Of a DNA stretch of 64,000 nucleotides, positions 1 through 9,764 are shown one piece after another. The stretch comes from an uncultured cyanobacterium. GTDB lineage: Bacteria > Cyanobacteriota > Cyanobacteriia > Cyanobacteriales > Cyanobacteriaceae. Where the stretch lies: assembly GCA_963710605.1 (NCBI GenBank), contig CAVQBA010000005.1, forward strand, positions 224,001 to 288,000, read 5' to 3'. Numbering within the stretch: position 1 is the first letter of the stretch; each line of letters begins with the position of its first letter. Position numbers and translations under genes: made by a program. The notes under the pieces were generated by a model. The model was not told the DNA's origin. It did no database searches and saw only the letters and a list, made by a program, of their open reading frames with translations.

Positions 1-1710
1 TTTGTCTAGCTTTTTTTCTAAAAGTGCTTTTAACCCTGTCAGAGTACCTATTTTAGTTAAAGTAATTCGATCGGGCTTTTCTTTTTGCAAAATTTCTTCA
101 ACAACTTTTTCTATCTTAACTTTAACTTCTCGATCTCTTTGCTTCCAATCAACTCGATTATTAACCGCCGCTGAAGGTTTTTGTAGTTGTGGAGAATTAT
201 CATTCAACCAGATACGATCGCTTCTATATAATCTGATATATAAAGCGGGAGATAATTTTCTCAGTTCAGTTTTTGTCGCATCAAGGTATTGTTTTTGTAG
301 TTGTAGCCAGTTTTGTCTATTTTGTTCTCGATCGCGCAGCGCCGAGCTGAAGGCTCGATCGTTTTGAGCATCTTTAATTTTTTTTGAAGGTAACGATTTT
401 GGTTTACGATCGGATTTCCATGAAGCATTTAAACTCAGTTTATCGACATAGCGATCGATCGTTCTGGTTGTCACTTTTAACTCTCTAGCAGTTGCCCTTA
501 ATCCTAACTTTTCGTTTTCGACTAAATCTTGTAATTTTTTGTACCACTGTTCGCCATAGCTAATGATTCGATTCGGTTTATAATTATCTAAGTTAGATGA
601 TTTTAAAATAGTTCGACTATAAACCATTCCACAACTACAAGTGAAAGTACCCAAAGGCTTCTTATTATCCAAACAATGACTTAGCTCTAGATGACGAATT
701 ACAGGTTGTAAATAGTGATCGACAGCACCGTTAAAACAAATCCAAGGGGTATCACCAAAAGGTTTATATATTGATATTGAGGTTTGCTCGAAAAACTCCT
801 CTACCGAACCACAAAGAAATCTCATCATTAAAATGTGACGTATGGGGTGAAAAGATTTACGATGCTTTCTCACGATATTAGATAACCAATTACTGCTATC
901 GAGGGTGACACTCGAACTTAAATAATCCAAAATATCTTGTCCATAAAAGAAGACAAATCGATCGAACAATTTTTTCCGATTGACTCTTTTAGATGCTGTA
1001 GCGATATTTTTGAACATTAGCAAATTCATGTATTGTTCATAATACCAATTTAAAGGGCGAGGAGCTTGGGGATTATCTAACAACCATCGAACATCACCCG
1101 CTAAGTTGAATAGTATTTCTTGGGTTTGTTTAGAATACACAGTAACTGAATCGATCGAAATACAATTACTTTGATTAGCCCCCTGATAATAATGTTGATT
1201 AAATTGCTGAACAGATAAATTACTATTTTCCAAGAGAATATTATGATTAGGGCAAACCAAAACACAAGATAGTTGATGAATCCGATGCCAATAAAATTCT
1301 CCATATTTTTGCTCATCTTCTTTTAGACATTGGCGACAAAAACGAAAATATTGAGGTAGAGGTACATTACTGGCAGAAACTCCGATACGAGTGTGTATGT
1401 TGCCTCCGTAGTTTGATTTCATTGATTCCCTGATTTGTAAGGCTCTTTCAGGGGTCATAAAAGGAGCATAAAAGTTATATAGAGTATTATTTTTCATAAA
1501 ATCATCACTGGTTAACTGAAAAAAAATAGGTAATTGTTTGACCAGTGCATCTAAGCCACAAGGTAAATCGGCTGTAGCAATAATAGTCCGAGAATTGAAT
1601 AATTCTTCGATATTCGATTTCGGGCTTAAGTTACCACTACGAATTTGATACCGAGCAATACCACTATAAAGTAACTCCCCTGGATATAGTTTCGGGAAAA
1701 ATCCAAGCAT
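1..1710 (-). CDS. tnsD: TnsD target-selector protein (long TniQ/TnsD family), 3' end truncated by window edge
   Basis: Read manually: ATG at 1710 and 570 codons without a stop to position 1. MLGFFPKLYPGELLYSGIARY start, FRFCRQC...EFYWHRIHQ...VCPNH zinc-finger region, then a TnsD-type extension (FHPIRH, FTCSCG, RVDWKQRD). Not in the ORF track because no stop lies in the window. Confidence 0.93.
   Translation of the reverse strand, partial: MLGFFPKLYPGELLYSGIARYQIRSGNLSPKSNIEELFNSRTIIATADLPCGLDALVKQLPIFFQLTSDDFMKNNTLYNFYAPFMTPERALQIRESMKSNYGGNIHTRIGVSASNVPLPQYFRFCRQCLKEDEQKYGEFYWHRIHQLSCVLVCPNHNILLENSNLSVQQFNQHYYQGANQSNCISIDSVTVYSKQTQEILFNLAGDVRWLLDNPQAPRPLNWYYEQYMNLLMFKNIATASKRVNRKKLFDRFVFFYGQDILDYLSSSVTLDSSNWLSNIVRKHRKSFHPIRHILMMRFLCGSVEEFFEQTSISIYKPFGDTPWICFNGAVDHYLQPVIRHLELSHCLDNKKPLGTFTCSCGMVYSRTILKSSNLDNYKPNRIISYGEQWYKKLQDLVENEKLGLRATARELKVTTRTIDRYVDKLSLNASWKSDRKPKSLPSKKIKDAQNDRAFSSALRDREQNRQNWLQLQKQYLDATKTELRKLSPALYIRLYRSDRIWLNDNSPQLQKPSAAVNNRVDWKQRDREVKVKIEKVVEEILQKEKPDRITLTKIGTLTGLKALLEKKLDK
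327..361. repeat. 27-bp SDR5-like element at a HIP1-like site, in frame within tnsD
   Basis: CTCGATCG occurs at 327-334 and again at 354-361, enclosing GC-rich CGCAGCGC and a CGAGC/GCTCG hairpin in an otherwise AT-rich gene. Confidence 0.6.
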
Positions 1711-1855
1711 TTGATTTGAAATAAATTGTGAAAGATGTTTGTTGCGAAAGAAAAAATTAGACAGCAAAGATGATGCAGTAGTTGAAAAACAGCTACATAA
1801 ATAGATAGGAGCGAAGTACTCAGATCAGCACAGTGTTCGCTCTATATTTATATGA

Positions 1856-2098
1856 CTAAACTGTTATTAAAGGTTGGTAATCTAGCAACTCAAACTTCCA
1901 GTAAATAGGAAATACTACCTGCTGAGTATTTGGCGGTGTTTCTACATCCAAGCAAAGTACTTCAAAGCTAATGCCATTAGAAACGTATTCTAGTTCGCTG
2001 ATGACGTGCCAAACATCTGTTTCAGAGTGCCGAATAATATCTCCTTCGGTTAATTGGTCAGCACAAATTTGGACTACTTCTACTGTCTGTGTAATCAT
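1856..2098 (-). CDS. Small acidic hypothetical protein (80 aa), upstream of tnsD
   Basis: ATG ORF, protein-like composition, co-oriented with tnsD and divergent from the HTH gene. Confidence 0.6.
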   Translation of the reverse strand: MITQTVEVVQICADQLTEGDIIRHSETDVWHVISELEYVSNGISFEVLCLDVETPPNTQQVVFPIYWKFELLDYQPLITV

Positions 2099-2367
2099 AG
2101 TAATAAGACCTTTTATTTTATTGGGTTTTGAAGAGAAGGCGAATCAATGCTGTCCAGGCGCGATCGCTTTTCTCTTCTAACTTTATGATAGCGTACAACG
2201 CTTATCTATAAACATTGTATACTATTTTTATAGTTGCCAAGTAAATAATTGTAGAGGGGTAAAATATCGATCGTATTGTTAGGTACGCAATTTATCTCAG
2301 GAATTGTCTGAATAAGAAGTAAAATAAGCGACAATATACTGGTTAACTTAATATCAAACCAAAAAAA

Positions 2368-2607
2368 GTGAGTGTAGTTAGATGGAAACTTCGTGAAGTA
2401 ATGGCACGCAGACGTATTACTAACAAAGCCTTAGCTATGGAATTAAACGTTCATCCTACCAGCATTTCAAGATTGAGAACTCAAGATCTTTTACCTGAAA
2501 TTGGCGGAGAAGTTTTAGGGCGAATAATTGATGGTATTAATAAGCTAACAGTTGAAGGCTATGGAGATTGTACTTTAGAAGAGTTAACAGAATTAGTTTT
2601 AAAATAA
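2368..2607 (+). CDS. Xre/Cro-C1-type helix-turn-helix transcriptional regulator
   Basis: VRWKLREVMARRRITNKALAMELNVHPTSISRL matches the Cro/C1 HTH pattern. Confidence 0.85.
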   Translation: MSVVRWKLREVMARRRITNKALAMELNVHPTSISRLRTQDLLPEIGGEVLGRIIDGINKLTVEGYGDCTLEELTELVLK

Positions 2608-2636
2608 TGTATGAAATATGAATGAAGAAAATATAT

Positions 2637-2892
2637 GTTTACAACGCCTAACGACATTTAATTTAGTTACAGTTATTGCCCAACAGTGCCAAGCATAAAA
2701 ATTTGTCCAGTTCACAACGCCTAACGACATTTAATTTAGTTACAGTTATTGCCCAACAGTGCCAAGCATAAAAATTTGTCCAGTTCACAACGCCTAACGA
2801 CATTTAATCTAGTTGCAGTCTTGATGTAAATCGGCTGGTATATCAACGCCTTCGAGGTTCACAACGCCTAACGACATTTAATTTAGTTGCAG
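2637..2892 (-). CRISPR. Mini CRISPR array: 4 repeats of 36 bp and 3 spacers (37, 37, 38 bp)
   Basis: Repeats at 2637-2672, 2710-2745, 2783-2818 and 2857-2892; + strand consensus GTTCACAACGCCTAACGACATTTAATTTAGTTRCAG. Directly downstream of cas5. Orientation inferred from cas gene direction and the AT-rich leader side. Confidence 0.96.
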
Positions 2893-3159
2893 GCAGTTAT
2901 TAAATTCTTAGCTATTACTTGCATGAGAAGTAAAATCGCATGAATGTTGATAATAATTTTTAAGTTACACAAAATATGATTTAATAACAACCAACTTTAG
3001 TCTCTACATCCTAAATATATTAAAAGTTTCTAGTTTTTGCAAGTACCTTTACAGTAATAATAATAGCTCAAATCTTTGTCAATATTAGTTTTTAAACATT
3101 TTGAGAACTACAATTAAGTTAACAAACAGATGTCCTTGTAAAAATTATCAGTTAGTTGT
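2893..3159 (-). promoter_or_regulatory. Putative CRISPR leader
   Basis: AT-rich non-coding stretch between the cas5 stop and the first repeat. Confidence 0.55.
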
Positions 3160-3789
3160 TTAGATCGCTTTTACAATTGTCCAAGCTGAATCTGGAGGAA
3201 TTGTTGAAGATCTCTTTTCTAGGGAATAACGTAGCCATCGAGTATTTTGTGAGCCTAGATAGTCAACCCAGTAAGGTAAAGATAAATCGCCATACTCATT
3301 TTGAACCAAATACTTTAATGTTAAATTACGATCGATCTCAGTTATCAAATCTACAGAATTTACCAAATCTCGGCTTTCTCCACAACATAAAGCACCAAAT
3401 CGACTAATTGATGCTGGATTAGCAAATGCTTCTGTAATGCGATCGCATAAACTAGGTTTAGCTCGATCTTCTCCTTTATCCACACAAACTATTAATTCAA
3501 TACCAGTTAGTATTTCCTGAAAATCTGGTCTAGTATTTTCTTTATGGTCTAGCTTTTTCTTTTTGAACCTTCTGATGGTTCTCAGAGTAATTGATTTAGC
3601 TGGTTCGGATAGTAGTGCGATCGCAATTTTTACACCACAATGTTCGTATCTGTCTGTTTCACCCACCAAAGATAGTAACATTCCATAAATAGTTGAAGGA
3701 GGTGGTACGGGATAAGTTTGCCGATATTCACGACTGCGAGAAGTAGGAAAAGAAGCAATGGGAACATCGACTCTGAGAATAATTGTCAT
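3160..3789 (-). CDS. cas5: Cas5 (type I-B / I-MYXAN DevS-like)
   Basis: LRVDVPIASF...REYRQTYPVPPPSTIYGMLLSLVG N-terminus, RFGALCCGESRDLVN loop, position after cas7. Confidence 0.93.
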   Translation of the reverse strand: MTIILRVDVPIASFPTSRSREYRQTYPVPPPSTIYGMLLSLVGETDRYEHCGVKIAIALLSEPAKSITLRTIRRFKKKKLDHKENTRPDFQEILTGIELIVCVDKGEDRAKPSLCDRITEAFANPASISRFGALCCGESRDLVNSVDLITEIDRNLTLKYLVQNEYGDLSLPYWVDYLGSQNTRWLRYSLEKRSSTIPPDSAWTIVKAI

Positions 3790-4740
3790 CTATTCCCCTC
3801 TTTTATTACTTTCGATAGATAAATCTTGAGCGATCTTTTCTTTCAAAGCCTCTACTATTGCTTTTACTCCCGAACGTTTATTAACTTGTTCGTACTCGCT
3901 ACCTTGTAAATGTTCGGTGATTTCTCCTCCAATCCATAATTCGGAAGGATTGAGATCGCTACTTCTTATCTGTCTCAATAGCTTTGGTATAGAAATATCG
4001 CCTATTTCATTTTCCTCATAGCAGTATAAAAAACGTGGTGCAAAATCATTTGTCCAGCGTAAAACAATACTTTCTGGTGCAAAATCGAAGAGAAACCTAC
4101 CATGATTGCCTCCTACTCGATAGATGGAAACTATTGCATCCAATAAATCTAGAACTCTTGATTTGTCTTTGCAAGATTCTGGAGTAATGCCAAAGCCAAA
4201 TTGATATCTCGTACCGTGAAATTCTGTTCCATAGATCGAAGTACGGTCTTTTTCACCACTTTTAGAACTGAAGGTAACTTTACCGTCATAGGGAACAGTA
4301 GAGATGGCACGTGTAACGTCTAGTCTTCCCCTCCTATCTGTTACCGTACCTTTTGGCTTTTGTTTCTTTTTGCTTTTACCTTTAATTTGAGGTGTTGTTT
4401 GCTGTCGATCATCATCCTTAGTATCTTTTTTAGCACTTTCTGCTTCAAAAAAACCTAAAAGATCGTCGTCAATATAGTCAATAGCGTTAAAACTAGGCTC
4501 TTGCCAATCAGGATTTAGTTGGCTGGGTAAATCATCATTCCAAACACGATTGACGGGGATACCTGCTTTTTGCCAGTAATATCTAATTGCCCAACGTATC
4601 GCTTCAGATGACACTACAGTGTGAGTTTCTCCCTGCCAAAGTAGTTTTTGTAGGGTCGTAATATTACCTTGATTTTCCCCGCGATTATTGGCTGCCACGC
4701 CATAGAAAGTTAAAATATTACCATATAAGTGAAATGTCAT
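3790..4740 (-). CDS. cas7: Cas7 (Cst2/DevR-like)
   Basis: AANNRGENQGNITTLQK, VSSEAIRWAIR, DDDLLGF and VGGNHGRFLFDFAPESIV motifs. Confidence 0.94.
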   Translation of the reverse strand: MTFHLYGNILTFYGVAANNRGENQGNITTLQKLLWQGETHTVVSSEAIRWAIRYYWQKAGIPVNRVWNDDLPSQLNPDWQEPSFNAIDYIDDDLLGFFEAESAKKDTKDDDRQQTTPQIKGKSKKKQKPKGTVTDRRGRLDVTRAISTVPYDGKVTFSSKSGEKDRTSIYGTEFHGTRYQFGFGITPESCKDKSRVLDLLDAIVSIYRVGGNHGRFLFDFAPESIVLRWTNDFAPRFLYCYEENEIGDISIPKLLRQIRSSDLNPSELWIGGEITEHLQGSEYEQVNKRSGVKAIVEALKEKIAQDLSIESNKRGE

Positions 4741-4742
4741 CT

Positions 4743-6389
4743 TTATTCTTCCTCCTCTAACAATTTTGCTTCTGTTGAAACTGAATCTTCATCTGCTTGT
4801 TTACGCTTTTGAGACTTATAGCTTACCAAAGATAATAAAGCTAAATCTCTGGCTAACTTCCAATTATCTGGTTTAGTAGTCAAAGGCATTAATTCTTCCC
4901 AATAGTCGGCAAGGATAGTGATATTTCCTGCTTTACTCCAAAAGTTAGCTGTCATAAAGTGACGAAAATCTTCAGAATTGAGACAACGAATCAAGCCAGA
5001 GCGTATGCGTTCGTTTTCACGCTCTATCTGAATATATTCTCCTTCTTTCCCTCTGCTATAGAGTTTGCCATATATTTTTAAAAGAGCTTCATGACAAGCT
5101 TTGACAAATAGTTTTTGTGCTTGCTCGTCCCATTTTGCATTTTTGACCATTTGATTTAATCCTTGTTTTTCGTAGCTAACAAACTTGAATAATTCTTTGT
5201 TTCTTACTGCATCAGTAAAGTTATGCCACCAAGGAAATCCTCTGGCTAGATTTTCGCTTATTAGTTCTCGGACAATACTTACAGCAATGAAATTTCCTTT
5301 TTCCCACTCTACAACTCTGTTAGGGAAATAACTATTACACAATTGATAGTTTTCTAATAATTTATCGTTTATCTCGACGACTTCAACATTTTTACGTATT
5401 TTCTGAAATCCCGTCCATTGAGTTTCGCCGAAAGTAATTATCTGAGAGCATTTAAAAGCGTTTGATTTAATGATACGTAAAGTAGCCTGTTGAGTAAGCA
5501 AACGCAAAGCAGCATCGCTATAGCCAGAAGCTAAGAATTTTTGGTAATCCCAATTATTTATTGTTTGTCTTTGTCTGGCGTATGATTCTAGATCGGTTAT
5601 TTCAGGAATTACTAAATAATATTGAGTTTTAGTACCGTGAAGATAGGATTTGGGTGCAATGAAGTAAAGACAAGCAACGGGAGCGTATAACAAGGCGATC
5701 GCTCTTTCAATAGTTTCTGTAAATTGGGTTTCTTTTTTATAAGCGTAATGTTTGATTGCTGCACCAGGGTACAGCCAACCTGTTATCCCTATTGTTTTTT
5801 GCTGTATATTGCCACCTTGCTTAACATCAAATAAAAACAAAAATCCAATTAGACTAAAATGAATAAAAATATAAAGTTTTAATTTAGTAAAAATAACCTT
5901 CGAGTTAAGTTTTTCGATCGGACATAGCTGTTCGGCATAGTTTTGATGAGCGTAAGACTTGGCTTTTTTGTAATTAATTGCAATTTGTAGATTATCTATG
6001 GTCAAAAATGCAGTAGCCTTACCAGTAGATTGGAAGAACTGATTATGTTGTAGAAAAGTATTTTTCATCCCAATATGAACAGCTAACTGACTTTCTTTAC
6101 TAAAAGATTGTAAACCTGTCAGAGAAATTAAACCGTCACTATTAACTTGGAATGATTTAGAGAATAACCATTCTAAGGCTTCATAATCGTTTCTCTGCCA
6201 ATAAAGACTGATCCTAGTTTTAGTTATAGTCCATTTAAAATTACCTGGGCGAGATTTTGGAGTAGGATAACGCTTTTCTAGAGCTTTTAAAGTCATATAT
6301 AAGCCAGCAACTCCCGCACGATGTAACATGGTCATACCAGGATCGCTCAAACTTATCTCTATTTTTGGTTTAACAGCTTTAGTAACCAT
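4743..6389 (-). CDS. cas8: Cas8 large subunit (I-B / I-MYXAN Cas8a1-Cmx1-like)
   Basis: PGMTMLHRAGVAGLYMTL, TFLQHNQ, GWLYPG and C-terminal ARDLALLSLVSY motifs; lies between cas6 and cas7. Confidence 0.9.
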   Translation of the reverse strand: MVTKAVKPKIEISLSDPGMTMLHRAGVAGLYMTLKALEKRYPTPKSRPGNFKWTITKTRISLYWQRNDYEALEWLFSKSFQVNSDGLISLTGLQSFSKESQLAVHIGMKNTFLQHNQFFQSTGKATAFLTIDNLQIAINYKKAKSYAHQNYAEQLCPIEKLNSKVIFTKLKLYIFIHFSLIGFLFLFDVKQGGNIQQKTIGITGWLYPGAAIKHYAYKKETQFTETIERAIALLYAPVACLYFIAPKSYLHGTKTQYYLVIPEITDLESYARQRQTINNWDYQKFLASGYSDAALRLLTQQATLRIIKSNAFKCSQIITFGETQWTGFQKIRKNVEVVEINDKLLENYQLCNSYFPNRVVEWEKGNFIAVSIVRELISENLARGFPWWHNFTDAVRNKELFKFVSYEKQGLNQMVKNAKWDEQAQKLFVKACHEALLKIYGKLYSRGKEGEYIQIERENERIRSGLIRCLNSEDFRHFMTANFWSKAGNITILADYWEELMPLTTKPDNWKLARDLALLSLVSYKSQKRKQADEDSVSTEAKLLEEEE

Positions 6390-6401
6390 ATTTATACCAG
6401 T

Positions 6402-7049
6402 TTAAACAAATACCCCACAACCCATTTTTTGCTTGCCTCCTAAACCCTTTTCTTGAAGCACAATCGAATCAGTCTCGCTCAAATTATTTGCTTCAATTCC
6501 AAAACCAACTATAATTTGCTTTACTTTTAGAGTTTTGGGTTTAGTAGTACCATCTTTTTTCGAGATTAGTTTTAGACTGGCTCTAATGCCTAATGCCTCT
6601 ATTTGTCTTTTAGCGGCTTCGATAAATGTTTTTGGTTCTTCATATCCTCTAATTACTACTATATGCGATCGTAACCTCGATTTGGGTTGTAGAAAATTCA
6701 TTTCGGGAATCCCTAGCCTAATCTTTTGTTTGCCTATATTTAGAAACTTCCCACTAAAAGAATAAACGAAAGGCACTTTTTCCGATGGCAAGCGAATTAG
6801 TAGTTTTGAACGATCGGTTAAATCTAACTGGTTTCTATTGTTGACATCGAGCTTTCCTGAAATCGTTTTGATACTAACATCGTCCCAATCTTTAAGCTCC
6901 ATTAACCTATATTTTAATGCTGAGTATAATTGATATCCATGATCGATGGGTAAAGCTTGTCCTATTACGGGAAACGCTAATTGAATATAGGGATTTTGTA
7001 TAAGTTCGATGTCGTTATGTTGTTTTTCTGTGAGTAAAGAAATCGCCAT
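6402..7049 (-). CDS. cas6: Cas6 crRNA-processing endoribonuclease
   Basis: LPIDHGYQLYSAL and the Gly-rich C-terminal loop GLGGKQKMGCGVF. Confidence 0.95.
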   Translation of the reverse strand: MAISLLTEKQHNDIELIQNPYIQLAFPVIGQALPIDHGYQLYSALKYRLMELKDWDDVSIKTISGKLDVNNRNQLDLTDRSKLLIRLPSEKVPFVYSFSGKFLNIGKQKIRLGIPEMNFLQPKSRLRSHIVVIRGYEEPKTFIEAAKRQIEALGIRASLKLISKKDGTTKPKTLKVKQIIVGFGIEANNLSETDSIVLQEKGLGGKQKMGCGVFV

Positions 7050-7132
7050 AATTATTATCCGAAAACAGTTATTCTAACAAAACTATTATTTTAGTGTTTA
7101 TATATTACTTTATAGCTAAAAATTATATATTT

Positions 7133-8068
7133 TCAATCAAAAAGATTTCTTATTGAACCGCACAAAAACTTAATCAGCATAATATGAGTTATACGATCGA
7201 TAGTTTGAGCAATATCGCAGGAGAACAAACAATATTCTAAATAGGCTTCGAGTTTCTCCCAGATTTGTGGCTGTATTGTTAGCAAAAAGTCTTTACCATA
7301 AAATTCTATAAAAGCCTCTATCAATAGTTTTTCATGGTATTTAAACTTGGTGCGTGAATATTTAGTTACAAATCCATTTTCTATTAGTAGTAAGCTGTAT
7401 TTACTTCTCAACCAAGTCATTCCCTGAAACTCAACATAGTTTCGACTCAACCAATCGAGTTCTTGGTTTATGGATAGTACCAGTTGCATAAATTCTTGAG
7501 AATATAAATTATGGTGTGTTTTACATAGATCGACTTGACTAGCACCATAGTAATGAACTTGCTTTTTGTAGAATGAAATTTTGCTATCTAACAAGGGTAA
7601 TTTGTGCTTTAAACAGATTAACATTCCTGGAATTTGATGCTGACGATGCCAATAGACTTCACCATATAGCTGTTCATCCTCTACGCAACATTGAGGACAA
7701 AATTTCAGAACTCGATCGAATTCTTTATCTGGTATTTTCGCAGCTTGGGATATGGAGATATTGGACTTCGATCGAAGTAAATCTTTGAAGAAATATATTT
7801 CTATAGGTGTAAGAAAACTACGAAAAAAAGGGTAGAGAGTATTCTTTTTAATTAAACTTTCAACAGTCAGTTGTGAACCTTGAGGAAGTTGACCGATCAG
7901 AAAATTAAGATTATTGGGTAAAACTATTTTGTCTGACTGTAAATCAACCGTCTCAAATAATTCTTCATGGGTTTGCCGAAAACTTTTGTTACCACTACGA
8001 ATATGATATCTAGCTACTACACTATAAAGTAGTTCGTCAGGATAAGGATTAGGAAAAGAACCAAGCAT
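7133..8068 (-). CDS. tniQ: Short TniQ (311 aa), adaptor for RNA-guided transposition
   Basis: FPNPYPDELLYSVVARY and LKFCPQC...YWHRQHQ...CLKH; lacks the TnsD C-terminal extension; overlaps the tnsC stop by one base. Confidence 0.92.
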   Translation of the reverse strand: MLGSFPNPYPDELLYSVVARYHIRSGNKSFRQTHEELFETVDLQSDKIVLPNNLNFLIGQLPQGSQLTVESLIKKNTLYPFFRSFLTPIEIYFFKDLLRSKSNISISQAAKIPDKEFDRVLKFCPQCCVEDEQLYGEVYWHRQHQIPGMLICLKHKLPLLDSKISFYKKQVHYYGASQVDLCKTHHNLYSQEFMQLVLSINQELDWLSRNYVEFQGMTWLRSKYSLLLIENGFVTKYSRTKFKYHEKLLIEAFIEFYGKDFLLTIQPQIWEKLEAYLEYCLFSCDIAQTIDRITHIMLIKFLCGSIRNLFD

Positions 8069-9753
8069 TAGTTAATATTAATGAACTCATCAATGGGATT
8101 TTTGACAAATCCGACTTCTTTTAAAGCATCATGTACTAAGATGCCGTCTTTTTGTGCTTTAGTCACAACTGACCTCAGATCGTTTTCTTGATATTTTAGT
8201 TCTAATTCAGTTTGTTTAGATTTTTTCTGATTACTATTTTTGACTTTAACAGAGGCAGTATCACCACCTTGCAAACTTAGAGCGTATGCTTTATTTACTA
8301 AAGCTTGAATGTTATGTTGCTTCTTCTTAGAGTCGAATACTTTTTCAGCACATTGTTTAGCAAGTAGAGCGTCAACATTCAATTCTTGAATTAATTTCAA
8401 TATTACATCATTTAAGATGGGCGACTGCTGCTCTTGTTGTTTGCGAGCCAAACGTCTAGCATCTTTTAGATCTTTTGATTCTAATTTGGAAACATATTTA
8501 TTCTGATATTCAACTGTACTTAGAGGGGCAATATCCTTATATCTTTTCATCCAATCAGTATCTCCAGATCTAATAGCATTAAGCATTGGTCTAACTAAAT
8601 ATAAACCTTCTTCTGCTACTTCGTGGATTAGATCTACTGTCATTATTTCATCTCCACCTTCTGCGATCGTTCGCCATTGAACCATTTTAAACAGCTTAAC
8701 TACCAAATCGATAATTCCTTGAGTTTCAAAGTATAAAGCTTTGTATATTTCATCAGATAGTTCTGTGTACTCTTTTGTCCACTGATATTTCCACATCCCC
8801 TCAACAAAAAACTTCCACTCTTCCCACTCATCTTCATCTTCTTGTTTCATACGATCCCAGAGAACGCCTCCTTCTCCTGTTCCCCTTCTGGCATTTCGGA
8901 AATTACCCTGAAGAATTGGATATGCTTCATTAGTACCGACTCGGATAACTGGAACGCCAATAATGTTATCCATTTTGACCAAAAAGTTGAGCAAGTCATC
9001 TTTACTTCTTCTGGCGTTGACTAAGTTTTGCATCTCATCAATTACAAGCATTCCCAGATGATGAGTATGAGCTAGTTGTGCTACTTGAGCCAACATATAA
9101 TCTTCTGAGTTACGAGTTGAGCCAAATTTTTTAAAATAATTTGTACCTATCAAGCGATCTATTTCTTTGAAAACATCAATACACAAACCTTTTAATGAAC
9201 CTGCGTGAGGGCAATCAACTTTAATCCAAACAATCTGGAATGTATTATGCTCTGGATGAGCGATAACTTGAGGATAAAGATCTAAAATATTTTTAAGATT
9301 GGTCGTCTTTCCCATCCCTGAGGGACCAATAAAAGTAAACCCAGAAGCAGAAGTTGGTACATCTACATAATTTTCGAGGATTTTACCACCTTTATTTTGA
9401 ATCGCTTGATAAATTTGATTAGCTCGACGAGCATATTGGGGTTTGATGATATTCCGAGCTAAGTAACCCTGCATTAATAAGACACTTATAGCTTGATGTA
9501 ATTGCGTAGTTTTGTTGAGGGGATTGAAATACCTAGATAATCTTTCAACACAATGGGTTCTTAAATGAGGCTTCAAAAACTTTTCTTCAGGAGCAAAGTT
9601 AGGCATTACTATTACAGATTCCAAAAATTCCTCTTCGGTCATCAAGTAAGGTAATGCTTGAATCATTGGATTGTTATTATATTCAGGCAGTTTATGGTCG
9701 CGATATATCGCAACAGTTGCTTCTACGCCATTGGGAATGTCAATTGTGTTCAT
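8068..9753 (-). CDS. tnsC: TnsC AAA+ ATPase
   Basis: Walker A GPSGMGKT, IKVDCPHAGSLKGLC, Walker B LVIDEMQNL, FRNARR. Confidence 0.96.
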   Translation of the reverse strand: MNTIDIPNGVEATVAIYRDHKLPEYNNNPMIQALPYLMTEEEFLESVIVMPNFAPEEKFLKPHLRTHCVERLSRYFNPLNKTTQLHQAISVLLMQGYLARNIIKPQYARRANQIYQAIQNKGGKILENYVDVPTSASGFTFIGPSGMGKTTNLKNILDLYPQVIAHPEHNTFQIVWIKVDCPHAGSLKGLCIDVFKEIDRLIGTNYFKKFGSTRNSEDYMLAQVAQLAHTHHLGMLVIDEMQNLVNARRSKDDLLNFLVKMDNIIGVPVIRVGTNEAYPILQGNFRNARRGTGEGGVLWDRMKQEDEDEWEEWKFFVEGMWKYQWTKEYTELSDEIYKALYFETQGIIDLVVKLFKMVQWRTIAEGGDEIMTVDLIHEVAEEGLYLVRPMLNAIRSGDTDWMKRYKDIAPLSTVEYQNKYVSKLESKDLKDARRLARKQQEQQSPILNDVILKLIQELNVDALLAKQCAEKVFDSKKKQHNIQALVNKAYALSLQGGDTASVKVKNSNQKKSKQTELELKYQENDLRSVVTKAQKDGILVHDALKEVGFVKNPIDEFININ

Positions 9754-9764
9754 AATTTAATTTA

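Noticed and set aside
2-1316. ORF-track ORFs 2-367 (+) and 1101-1316 (-)
   Set aside because: Antisense and alternate-frame shadows of tnsD.
2843-2852. CAACGCCT inside spacer 3 resembles part of the repeat, suggesting a hidden short homing spacer
   Set aside because: Only 8 nt of identity, the spacer length is normal, and the flanks do not match glmS or the tRNA.
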